A DNA stretch of 64,000 bases, from the NCBI GenBank assembly GCA_030836155.1, contig JAURQI010000134.1, positions 17,639-81,638 of the forward strand, written 5' to 3'. Positions 48,350 to 57,209 of the stretch are shown one piece after another. The number at the start of each line of letters is the position of its first letter. Within the stretch, counting starts at the first letter, position 1. The notes beneath the pieces were generated by a model. It was not told the origin of the DNA. It saw only the letters and a program-made list of their open reading frames with translations, and did no database searches. The position numbers and the translations under genes were made by a program. The stretch comes from Crocinitomix sp. GTDB lineage: Bacteria > Bacteroidota > Bacteroidia > Flavobacteriales_D > Crocinitomicaceae.

Positions 48350-50953
48350 ATGTTTAAAAAATTACTGTGGTCTTTTTTGTTGATGGGAATCAGTCCGTTG
48401 ACTTTTGCTCAATCAACAATTGAAATTAACCCTGATAAGGATAACTCGATCTATTCTGAGAGTTCAAACTCAAACGGACTGGGTAAATTGTACTCAGGAC
48501 AAACTTGTACTGACAATTCAAGAAGAGCTTTATTACACTTCGATATTGCTGGTCTAATACCCGGAGGTGTTACCGTTACAGATGTAACCTTGACTTTAAA
48601 TGTCGATAATTCTGGTGTCGATGCTTCTGCTGAGGATTATTCTATACACGCAGTGACTCAAGACTGGGGAGAGGGCGCTTCTAGTGGAACAGGGACTGGG
48701 GCTGCTGCAATTGCTCCAGATGCAACCTGGCTTGATGCAATGTTTGGAACAGAACCTTGGGTAACTGCTGGAGGTGACTTTAATCCGGTTGCCTCTGCAA
48801 CTACTGTTTTGACAGCAGTTGAAGGCGACTATGACTGGACAGGTGCAACTATGGTTTCTGATGTTCAAAGTTGGTTAGATGATCCGAGTTCAAACTTTGG
48901 ATGGATCTTAATTGGGGATGAAGGTTCAACATGTACTGCTCGTCGATTTGGATCTAAAGATGATGGTGTTGCGCCAATCTTATCGATTACTTTCACCTGT
49001 GGTGCGCCAACGGCAGTTTGTCAAAATGTAAATTTATATTTAGGTGCTGACGGAACAGCCACTTTAGATCCAGAAGATCTAGATGGCGGTTCATTATTGG
49101 GTTGTGACGGTGCAACAACTTTCGAATCAAGCATCATCGATTTTAACTGTGATGATATTTTTACAGGGGACGTTGGTCCAAGCATGGTGATCTCAGCTGT
49201 TTACGATGGTCCGCTTCCAGGTGGATTTCCAAAAGGAGTCGAGGTATACGTAATCAATGATATTGAAGACCTTAGTATTTACGGTTTAGGATCTGCTAAC
49301 AACGGAGGAGGAACCGATGGTGAAGAATTTACATTTCCAGCGGTATCAGCTACTGCTGGCCAGCATATCTACGTGGCTTCTGTAGAAGTAGAATTCGAAA
49401 ACTGGTTTGGATTTGCTCCTGATTATACAGGTGTCGCCATGAGTATTAATGGGGATGATGCAATTGAATTATTTATGGATGGAGCCGTTATCGATGTTTT
49501 TGGTGATATTGATGTAGATGGTACGAGTGAACCCTGGGAATATCTAGATGGATGGGCTTATCGTATTTCAGATTCTGGTCCTGATGGTGCAACTTTCGAT
49601 ATTGGAAACTGGACATTCAGTGGAATTAATGCTTTGGATGGCGAGTCTGACAATGCAACAGCAGCGGATCCAATTCCAGCCGGGACTTATTCTAAAATAC
49701 CTGTTGGTGCCATAGAAGTTACATTAACTGTTACAAATTCAGAAGCATTGTCATCAACTTGCACGGCAGGAGTTACGGTTCTTGATTCCTTAGCGCCTGT
49801 TTTGGCTTGTATTGGTTCAGGAACTTTCATTTTGGATGAGACAGGATCTCTTGCGCTCGAGGTTGCTGATATTGATGATGGCACAACTGACGGATGTGGA
49901 ATTGATGTTTTATCCTTATCAACAACTGAATTCTCATGTGCAGATGTCGGTGAGCAAGAGGTTACGCTTTATGCTACTGATATTTATGGAAATATTGATT
50001 CGTGTACAACGACGATTACAATTGATGGAAGTGAGACCATAACAATTGACGGAATCGCAACAGATCCCTCATGTTTTGGGGAAGAAGATGGTACAATAGA
50101 TATCACCGTATCTGGCGGAACACCAGATTATTCATTTGATTGGGATAATGATGGAACCGGAGATTTTGATGATACAGAAGATCTTGCTGATTTAGCTGGA
50201 GGTGCATACGAAGTAACTGTAGAAGATGCAAACGGTTGCCAATCAACTGCTTTATTTGAATTAACAGAACCAGAGGAGATTGTAATTACGGCAACCGTAA
50301 CGAACGAATCTTGTCCGGGAGCAATGGATGGTTCAATTGTAATTGAGGAGGTGACAGGCGGAACAGCTCCTTATGATATTCCAGCTGATTTAACGGAATT
50401 AATGGCAGGTACTTACCCTGTAACTGTAATGGATGACAATGGCTGTGAAGTTACTGCAGATTATGAAGTTGGTTTAGATGTAACAATCGATTTAACCGTT
50501 TCGGTAGATGGATTTACTTTAACCGCAGCGGAAACAGGAGCAACATATCAATGGGTCGCTTGTCCTGATTATACTCCAATTGACGGAGCAACGGATCAAG
50601 CTTACACCGCTACGGAAGTTGGTTCATACGCAGTAATCATTTCGATCGATGGTGGATGTTCAGATACGACAGATTGTATTGAAGTCGGTTTTGATAATAT
50701 TACTGAAAAAGCTCCTTTAGAGTGGAGTATTTATCCAAACCCAACGTACGGTGTGCTAAATGTACAAACCAACAATGTAGCTGACAATGCAAGTATTGCT
50801 GTGATCGATTTAAGAGGGCAGGTCGTTTATAAGGACTTTGTCGTAAATACAACAAAAACAATTGATTTATCCCATGTGGAAACAGGGGTTTACTTTGTTC
50901 AATTAACAACAGGAAATACATTGATGACTAAGAAGGTCACAATTAGTCACTAG
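48350..50953 (+). CDS. Multidomain T9SS type A cargo (DNRLRE-like, lamin-tail-like, HYR-like and SprB-like repeats); probable start ATG 48350
   Basis: Signal peptide; DKDNSIYSE...RRALLHFD; SWLDDPSSNFGWIL; DPSCFGEEDGTIDITVSGGTP; C-terminal IYPNPT...ETGVYFV. Confidence 0.8.
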   Translation: MFKKLLWSFLLMGISPLTFAQSTIEINPDKDNSIYSESSNSNGLGKLYSGQTCTDNSRRALLHFDIAGLIPGGVTVTDVTLTLNVDNSGVDASAEDYSIHAVTQDWGEGASSGTGTGAAAIAPDATWLDAMFGTEPWVTAGGDFNPVASATTVLTAVEGDYDWTGATMVSDVQSWLDDPSSNFGWILIGDEGSTCTARRFGSKDDGVAPILSITFTCGAPTAVCQNVNLYLGADGTATLDPEDLDGGSLLGCDGATTFESSIIDFNCDDIFTGDVGPSMVISAVYDGPLPGGFPKGVEVYVINDIEDLSIYGLGSANNGGGTDGEEFTFPAVSATAGQHIYVASVEVEFENWFGFAPDYTGVAMSINGDDAIELFMDGAVIDVFGDIDVDGTSEPWEYLDGWAYRISDSGPDGATFDIGNWTFSGINALDGESDNATAADPIPAGTYSKIPVGAIEVTLTVTNSEALSSTCTAGVTVLDSLAPVLACIGSGTFILDETGSLALEVADIDDGTTDGCGIDVLSLSTTEFSCADVGEQEVTLYATDIYGNIDSCTTTITIDGSETITIDGIATDPSCFGEEDGTIDITVSGGTPDYSFDWDNDGTGDFDDTEDLADLAGGAYEVTVEDANGCQSTALFELTEPEEIVITATVTNESCPGAMDGSIVIEEVTGGTAPYDIPADLTELMAGTYPVTVMDDNGCEVTADYEVGLDVTIDLTVSVDGFTLTAAETGATYQWVACPDYTPIDGATDQAYTATEVGSYAVIISIDGGCSDTTDCIEVGFDNITEKAPLEWSIYPNPTYGVLNVQTNNVADNASIAVIDLRGQVVYKDFVVNTTKTIDLSHVETGVYFVQLTTGNTLMTKKVTISH

Positions 50954-50974
50954 GATATTTCAAATTTAAATACG

Positions 50975-51015
50975 GCCCCAGTACTCATCATCGCTAGAGT
51001 ACTGGGGCTTTTTTT
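50975..51015 (+). terminator. Intrinsic terminator
   Basis: GCCCCAGTACTC / GAGTACTGGGGC followed by T7. Confidence 0.92.
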
Positions 51016-51079
51016 ATTTAAGCCGATTCTAAAAAATGTTTTGAATAGATTTCTTATCTTAATGGTCTAAATATACCCC

Positions 51080-51494
51080 ATGAAAATTAAGTCCCTAATT
51101 CTATTTTTTTTATTCATTACTCATTTTTCTTTCGCACAAAAAGAGCCTGTTGGTTTGATTATCGATTTTTATCCAACTGTGAAAAGTGATGAAAAGAGAA
51201 TGATTTTAGATCGAGAAAATCAATTAAAACCACTACAAGCTAATCACGAGCTGTCCGGATTTGAAGTTACTTTAGTAGAAGGTTTGAGTGGAATGTCATT
51301 AATCGATTATGAAGCAATTTCTGGTCGGTTAAGAATAAATGAGGACATTCAGTTTGTGTCTATACTTTATAAAACGTGCTGCATTAAAGTCGAATGAGTC
51401 TAATTTATCTGATCTGGTAAAAACAAAGGGACTTTATATAGTAGAGGTTATTTCGGGCGATGCCCGACAGGTGATTCGTTTCGTTGTGCAGTAA
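51080..51494 (+). pseudogene. Remnant of a T9SS cargo gene: 105-aa exported N-terminus joined out of frame to half a sorting domain
   Basis: ORF 51080-51397 has a signal peptide; the +1 frame from 51369 reads IKRAALKSNESNLSDLVKTKGLYIVEVISGDARQVIRFVVQ* (stop 51492-51494), typical of a type A sorting-domain end. Confidence 0.65.
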
Positions 51495-51501
51495 TCACCA
51501 A

Positions 51502-52206
51502 TTATCCTATACCGATTAACGGAGGTCCATCGGATAAAATTTCACCATCAGAAAGTTCAATAATGCGGTCTGTTCGATTGGCGAAGTCATTGTCATGCGT
51601 TACCACTAATATCGTTTGATTGAGCTCCGCACAAATCTCTTTAAAAATATCAAAAACCAATTCACTATTGCCTTCATCTAAGTTTCCAGTAGGTTCGTCG
51701 GCCATAATGATTTTAGGTTTGTTAATGAGTGCGCGGGCAATAGCAACGCGTTGTTTTTGTCCGCCAGAAAGTTGGTTGGAGTTCTTTAAAGCTTCGTTTT
51801 CGATGCCCAATAGTTTCAACCTTTCGTATGCTTGATGCTCAACTTCTTCTTCTGAATATTTTCCCAATTTGATACCGGGAAACATGACGTTTTTGATGAC
51901 GCTAAACTCCGTCAATAGATAGTGGAACTGAAAAACAAATCCAATTTTCTCATTCCGGATATGGGCCAATTCATGCGGTGTCTTCTTTTTTGTAGCCACA
52001 CCGTCAATCTTTAAGTCGCCTTCATATTCAGTATCCATCGTGGATAGAATATAAAGCAACGTTGATTTACCGCATCCTGACTTGCCAATAACAGATACAA
52101 ATTCGCCTTCATCAATTTTGAAACTGATGTCATTTAAGACCTGCACCTTCTTGGGAGAGTAAAAGTATTTACCGATATGTTGCGCCTCAATTAATGTCTT
52201 TTTCAT
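51502..52206 (-). CDS. ABC transporter ATP-binding protein (LolD/MacB-like)
   Basis: GKSGCGKST; GFVFQFHYL; LSGGQKQR; ADEPTGNLD. Confidence 0.93.
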   Translation of the reverse strand: MKKTLIEAQHIGKYFYSPKKVQVLNDISFKIDEGEFVSVIGKSGCGKSTLLYILSTMDTEYEGDLKIDGVATKKKTPHELAHIRNEKIGFVFQFHYLLTEFSVIKNVMFPGIKLGKYSEEEVEHQAYERLKLLGIENEALKNSNQLSGGQKQRVAIARALINKPKIIMADEPTGNLDEGNSELVFDIFKEICAELNQTILVVTHDNDFANRTDRIIELSDGEILSDGPPLIGIG

Positions 52207-53465
52207 TACTTCCCTCTAATAATTGCAACCGGATCAACTTTACTGGCTTTTCTCGAGGGGAAATAACCTGCAAAGTAGGTGGTGATAACTGAAAACAATG
52301 CCGCGATGACATAATATTTGGTACTAAAATCAATTGGATACGTCTTAATGGTTGGCAAAGCATCCGTGTTGAACGGAATTGAATGAATTAAATGGCATAA
52401 TAAGTTACCAAATAGTAGTCCTAATCCACCTCCAGCAATTCCAATAACTAAAGCAATGGTATTAAAAATACGACTCACATCTTGCCCCGAAAATCCAGTC
52501 GCTTTTAAAATGGCAATCGAGTCCATTTTTTCATAGATCAACATGTTCAAGATATTATAAATCCCAAAACCTGCGATAACCAACAATGTAATACCAACTG
52601 CATACGAAATCAATGAACGAATAGAACTCCCGGTATCAAATTGTGCGTTGGCAGTATTCATGTCAATGGTTTCCACACTGAATAATTTACCATAATACTT
52701 GGCCAATGCAGGAGCACGCTTCACATCATGTAATTTGACCAGGATATCCGTTACATAATCATTGGGGCGATTAAGAATTTTTTGTGTGGTTAAAATGGAA
52801 GCATAGGACTGACTTTTGTCAATATCAGCAATACCGGTTTGAAATAAGCCCACTAGCTTCAATTGAAAGCGCTCTCCATTTGGGGCCGTAACCTGAACCA
52901 GATCACCAATCCGAAGCATTAATTTTTCAGCCAAGATCTCTCCGAGGACAATACTATTGGGTACATTTTGTAAATCCATAGAGTTACCTTCAATCATATA
53001 ATCTTCAAAGAAAAACAATTCTTTCTCCTGCGCAACTTCAATCCCATTGATTAAACCGCCAATTGAGCTGGCACCAATATTAAAGAAAACTTGTGACGTG
53101 ATTCGTGTGGTAACTCCCTTGACCTCCGGTGCATTGCTAAGGAAACTAATGATAGGTTTATTATTTCTAATTTCCATTCGATCATTCTTGGGTTTGATGG
53201 AATGGACAAAATTATAATCATCATTGTGATTTGACGCCTCATCAATCGGTTGAGTAGAGGAAGGGGTGATTTCATTATATAGTCGGATGTGAGGTGTTCT
53301 ATTCATCATCAACCCATCCAAGAGGTCGTTTAACCCATTCATAAACCCGAGAAGGGTAATGAATGTGGTAATACCAAAAGTCACGCCTACGGCAGCAACA
53401 ATGGTTTGCCGTTTACGAGCCTTTAGCAGTCCCCATGCGATTTGAAGAATGATCTTTAATTTCAT
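52206..53465 (-). CDS. ABC transporter permease (LolC/E / MacB-FtsX type)
   Basis: One N-terminal TM, large periplasmic domain, three C-terminal TMs; IAILKATGF; YFPSRKASKVDP. Confidence 0.9.
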   Translation of the reverse strand: MKLKIILQIAWGLLKARKRQTIVAAVGVTFGITTFITLLGFMNGLNDLLDGLMMNRTPHIRLYNEITPSSTQPIDEASNHNDDYNFVHSIKPKNDRMEIRNNKPIISFLSNAPEVKGVTTRITSQVFFNIGASSIGGLINGIEVAQEKELFFFEDYMIEGNSMDLQNVPNSIVLGEILAEKLMLRIGDLVQVTAPNGERFQLKLVGLFQTGIADIDKSQSYASILTTQKILNRPNDYVTDILVKLHDVKRAPALAKYYGKLFSVETIDMNTANAQFDTGSSIRSLISYAVGITLLVIAGFGIYNILNMLIYEKMDSIAILKATGFSGQDVSRIFNTIALVIGIAGGGLGLLFGNLLCHLIHSIPFNTDALPTIKTYPIDFSTKYYVIAALFSVITTYFAGYFPSRKASKVDPVAIIRGK

Positions 53466-54550
53466 TCCTCTGGATTCATGATTTCATTTGACAATTCGAT
53501 CCCTTCAAGAATTTCCACACTTCGAAAATCCATTAAACCAGTTTTGACCGTTACCGTATCACCTGACTTGAGCAGAACAAGCGAATCGCGAATAAGATAA
53601 TTACGTGGTATCAACAAAGCTTTTTCTTTCGACCCTGTCACAATATTCGCTTCGAAGCTCATATTTGGGTAAAGCGTCATTGGCGGATCCAAGAAGGAAG
53701 CCTCAATCTTAAAAGATTTACTTTGCGTATCCATATGCGGATAGATCTTGGTTACTGCCCCTTTAAAGATTTGATTTTCATAACTATCTAAACGAATTAA
53801 TACCTCTTGTCCGATTTTTATCTCTAAAATATCCCGTTCATCCACCGCCATTTCCAAAATGAAATCATCTTTGGCACCAATAGTAGCAGCAGGTCGCTGC
53901 GGACTAATTAATTCACCTGAGTCATAGTTTAAGCTAAAAACCTTTCCATCAATTGCGCTTCTAAGAATCAAATCGGCTTCATTTACTTTTGATAATAATA
54001 GGTTATTGCGAGACTGAGATGCATTATAATTTAATTGCCGTTTGAAGTCGCTGTATTGGATCATGGCATTCTCATAATTCAGCCGAGAGTTTTCATATTG
54101 TAGTCGCGCTTGTTCTAGCTCGATCTCAACTCCCGCACCCTGATTCATCAACCGCTGTTGACGGCCGTATTGGGTGGAGTCAAAGACCATCTTTAATCGC
54201 GATGATCGAATGGCATTTTCCAGATTTTGAATTTGCTCTTTATTGTTATCAACAGAATAATAGGCGCTGGACAACGCGGCATTTCTACGTTGGATTTCCA
54301 AAGCCTCGGCATCAATGGTTAGGAGGGTATCACCTACAGAGACAAGATCTCCTGCTTCTACATAACAATGCTTTACAACACCATTTACGGTTGCGTAAAC
54401 GTCATATTGGTGTTTGCTTTTTAGGTAGCCAGCAGCATAAATGGATTCCGTAATATCTTTTTCTTGCGGAAATGTTGTCTCTCTTTTATCTCCGCAACTG
54501 AGGAAGAATATAAAAGAGATAAAAAAGGTTAATCGCATAATCTTTGACAT
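53462..54550 (-). CDS. Efflux periplasmic adaptor (MacA/HlyD-like) lipoprotein
   Basis: Lipobox FLSC; biotinyl-lipoyl-like halves around a coiled coil; VDERDI; G.VTKIYP. Confidence 0.88.
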   Translation of the reverse strand: MSKIMRLTFFISFIFFLSCGDKRETTFPQEKDITESIYAAGYLKSKHQYDVYATVNGVVKHCYVEAGDLVSVGDTLLTIDAEALEIQRRNAALSSAYYSVDNNKEQIQNLENAIRSSRLKMVFDSTQYGRQQRLMNQGAGVEIELEQARLQYENSRLNYENAMIQYSDFKRQLNYNASQSRNNLLLSKVNEADLILRSAIDGKVFSLNYDSGELISPQRPAATIGAKDDFILEMAVDERDILEIKIGQEVLIRLDSYENQIFKGAVTKIYPHMDTQSKSFKIEASFLDPPMTLYPNMSFEANIVTGSKEKALLIPRNYLIRDSLVLLKSGDTVTVKTGLMDFRSVEILEGIELSNEIMNPEE

Positions 54551-54614
54551 AGATGCGCAAAATTAAATCAATTCAACATCTAATAAAGTGATGAATGTCA
54601 GTAAAACTTATGAT

Positions 54615-54650
54615 AAAAAAAACGTCCTCAAGTGTTCCTTGAGGACGTTT
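54615..54650 (-). terminator. Intrinsic terminator of the HtrA-family gene
   Basis: AAACGTCCTCAAG / CTTGAGGACGTTT; the plus-strand A8 gives the U tract on the minus strand. Confidence 0.88.
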
Positions 54651-54704
54651 CCAATGACCTATGCTGTCATTGTACCAACCAACCTATGAAAAGATATACT
54701 TATC

Positions 54705-55874
54705 TTATTTAAGTAAAACACTTATGTCTTTGATTTGTTCGCCTCGAGCGACTTTTAATTTTATTTGATCTCCGGGTTGTTTTGTTGCTAATTCAGCTTG
54801 CAATTTGTTAACCGAATCTATCTCTTTTTGATCGACCGCCAAAATCACGTCTTTTGTCCTGATACCAGCATCTGCAGCATTGCCACCATTTATGATTCCT
54901 GTAATGACAACGCCTTCTTGTGTTGCTAATTGATTGAGCTTTGCGATTTCACTATTATTTTCCATAATATTGACACCTAATTGAACGCGTTTGACCTCAC
55001 CATATTTGATTAAATCATAGGTGACTTTTTTAACAATATTAGAAGGTATGGCGAAGGAATATCCTGTATAAAAACCATTACCCGAGGCAATCGCTGTATT
55101 AATGCCGACCAATTCTCCATTTTGGTTAACTAAGGCACCGCCACTATTTCCTGAATTGACTGCCGCATCGGTTTGAATGAATGACTCCACAGGGAAAACC
55201 TTTTCTTCCGGATTATAATTTCCAGATAATAAATCAATATTTCGATTTTTAGCGCTTACAATACCTGCCGTAATAGTGGTTTGCAGATTGAGTGGGTTGC
55301 CGATTGCTAAGACCCATTCTCCCAATCGCAGATTGTCGGAGTCTGAAAAATCAAGATAGGGTAATTTTTTTCGATCGATTTTGACCACTGCCAAATCGGT
55401 AGAAGGATCCGTGCCAATTAGATCCGCTTCATAATTGTTTCCATCCAGATGAATGGTGATTTTTTTTGCATCCTGAACAACATGATTATTCGTGACAATA
55501 TAGCCTTCTGGTGATATGATAACTCCTGAGCCACTGGCCATACCTTTTCTTTTCTGAATTTTATAGGCGTCCTCACCATAAAATAATTGCAAAAAAGGGT
55601 CATAAGTGATCTCTTCTCTCACAAATTCCGTGGTAATGTGTACGACCGACTGCACGCCTTTTTCTGAAGCTGGCGTTAAGTTGGCAAAACCTTCGTTGGC
55701 AACCTCTTGTTCAGTAGAAGAAGTATGAAAAACAACAGGTTTGGGCAATTCGTCGTGGGTGCTATCAACAGCAATAACCGTAGGTTCTTGATGCTCAAAT
55801 TGTGTTAAAATAATTGCGCCTATAGCACCACCTAAAACGGCTGCACCTAGTAATTTTAAAAATGAATGTTGCAT
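54705..55874 (-). CDS. HtrA/DegS-like serine protease with a single PDZ domain
   Basis: Catalytic triad TNNHV, TDLAV, GNSGGAL; N-terminal TM; one C-terminal PDZ. Confidence 0.93.
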   Translation of the reverse strand: MQHSFLKLLGAAVLGGAIGAIILTQFEHQEPTVIAVDSTHDELPKPVVFHTSSTEQEVANEGFANLTPASEKGVQSVVHITTEFVREEITYDPFLQLFYGEDAYKIQKRKGMASGSGVIISPEGYIVTNNHVVQDAKKITIHLDGNNYEADLIGTDPSTDLAVVKIDRKKLPYLDFSDSDNLRLGEWVLAIGNPLNLQTTITAGIVSAKNRNIDLLSGNYNPEEKVFPVESFIQTDAAVNSGNSGGALVNQNGELVGINTAIASGNGFYTGYSFAIPSNIVKKVTYDLIKYGEVKRVQLGVNIMENNSEIAKLNQLATQEGVVITGIINGGNAADAGIRTKDVILAVDQKEIDSVNKLQAELATKQPGDQIKLKVARGEQIKDISVLLK

Positions 55875-56006
55875 CTGATTGAAATTTTAGTTTGTCCTTT
55901 GTTTCTTCTAGTAGAACGAAAAACAAGACAAAAATTTCACCATGTCATTTTAAAAAATGTTAAAACTTAAGAATTAGAAATTACCCGACTCTCCTTCACT
56001 TAATGC

Positions 56007-57023
56007 TTATTCACGCTCAATGCGCGCAATGCGATTACGTAGGATGTTAGCATAATCACGCGCTGGTCTGATACGATAATCACCCCAGGCTTTCTGAGCC
56101 AACTCTAAAGCTTTATATACATCACCATTAATCTCATTGTAAATGGCCATGTTATAATGAGCACGACCAGCAATTTTTCGCTTTGGACTGCTCATATCTC
56201 TTTCCCACAATTCTGCTGCACCATCCCAATCACCTGCCTCTGCACGTCGATTAGCCATTCTTAGCGTGCTATTACCTTTATTGTAATAATCTCGCCAAAC
56301 TCGAAAAAACTGCGGTTCTATGCGCCCTGCATACATTCTTCCAACTTGTGTGCTAATTTGTTTTACTGCTTGACCACGATTCATGAGCGTTGCTGCCGCT
56401 TTAACCGGATTAATACCGCTGCCTTGCGAAACGAGTCGGTCCGTTAGCCAAATCTCGTCAAGAATCCATTTGTTGCGAGGGTCATAAATACGCCACCCTG
56501 TTTTAATAATGGTGGTCATTGTCGCATTATGAACCGGAACCTGCACTGAGCCTAGCGGTGTGTTCTTCGTTGTTGTACCTTGAGAATACGCGATTTTTGT
56601 ATCCGTATCAAAAACTTCCAATACAATTAGAAAATGGAGATCATTTTTTAGACAGATCGATTCAACCTCTTGCCAATCCAATTGAGCAGGAAAGATATCA
56701 ATGCCTCCATTCTGAACATGCATGCTATCTAAAAGTGTCAAGAATTCAAACCGCTTATTGGTTGTTAATTCATCAAAGGCACCTTGAACGGCAGCCTTTG
56801 AACCTTTATGATCTAAATTTCCTTCAAGCGTAAGGGCATTGTCAATGGTCTCTAAAATCTCAGATCCACCTTGTGCATAGGTTCGGTTAATCACTCCACC
56901 TCTAGTGTAGGATTTATCCAAATGTACAATGGGAGGTTCAGCTACCGTTAAATAAACTCTTTGTTTACAGCTAGATGCAAGTAGAATAAATGCACCAAAA
57001 ATGAACAAGTGTATATTTTTCAT
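56007..57023 (-). CDS. Lipoprotein with C-terminal TPR (DUF6340-like); probable start ATG 57023
   Basis: Lipobox LASSC; WRIYDP; GDWDGAAELW; AHYNMAIYNEING. Confidence 0.7.
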   Translation of the reverse strand: MKNIHLFIFGAFILLASSCKQRVYLTVAEPPIVHLDKSYTRGGVINRTYAQGGSEILETIDNALTLEGNLDHKGSKAAVQGAFDELTTNKRFEFLTLLDSMHVQNGGIDIFPAQLDWQEVESICLKNDLHFLIVLEVFDTDTKIAYSQGTTTKNTPLGSVQVPVHNATMTTIIKTGWRIYDPRNKWILDEIWLTDRLVSQGSGINPVKAAATLMNRGQAVKQISTQVGRMYAGRIEPQFFRVWRDYYNKGNSTLRMANRRAEAGDWDGAAELWERDMSSPKRKIAGRAHYNMAIYNEINGDVYKALELAQKAWGDYRIRPARDYANILRNRIARIERE

Positions 57024-57141
57024 AGGTATAGATTTACGTTGCAAAATACAAAATTGATGCCTAGATCTTTTAGAATATTGAAATCTACGTCAAATGTTTA
57101 TTATCAAACAATTATTCCAGGAAATGTTATAGCTTACAATC

Positions 57142-57184
57142 AAAAAAGGGTTACCATCCGCCTAAGACGGAAGAGTAACCCTTT
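57142..57184 (-). terminator. Intrinsic terminator of pnp
   Basis: AAAGGGTTAC / GTAACCCTTT with inner TCCG/CGGA; A6 on the plus strand. Confidence 0.8.
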
Positions 57185-57209
57185 GAATGAATAGAGTATA
57201 TCAAACAGC

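Noticed and set aside
51453-51499. Twin hairpins (TCGGGC/GCCCGA and GGTGATT/AATCACC) as REP elements
   Set aside because: They occur once in the window and lie inside the out-of-frame sorting-domain coding tail; the upstream GTAG is not adjacent to the stem.
5536-55380. CGATCG enrichment as a HIP1-like motif
   Set aside because: A rough hand count gave about 14 copies against about 7 expected if GC is near 37%; too weak and imprecise to claim without computation.
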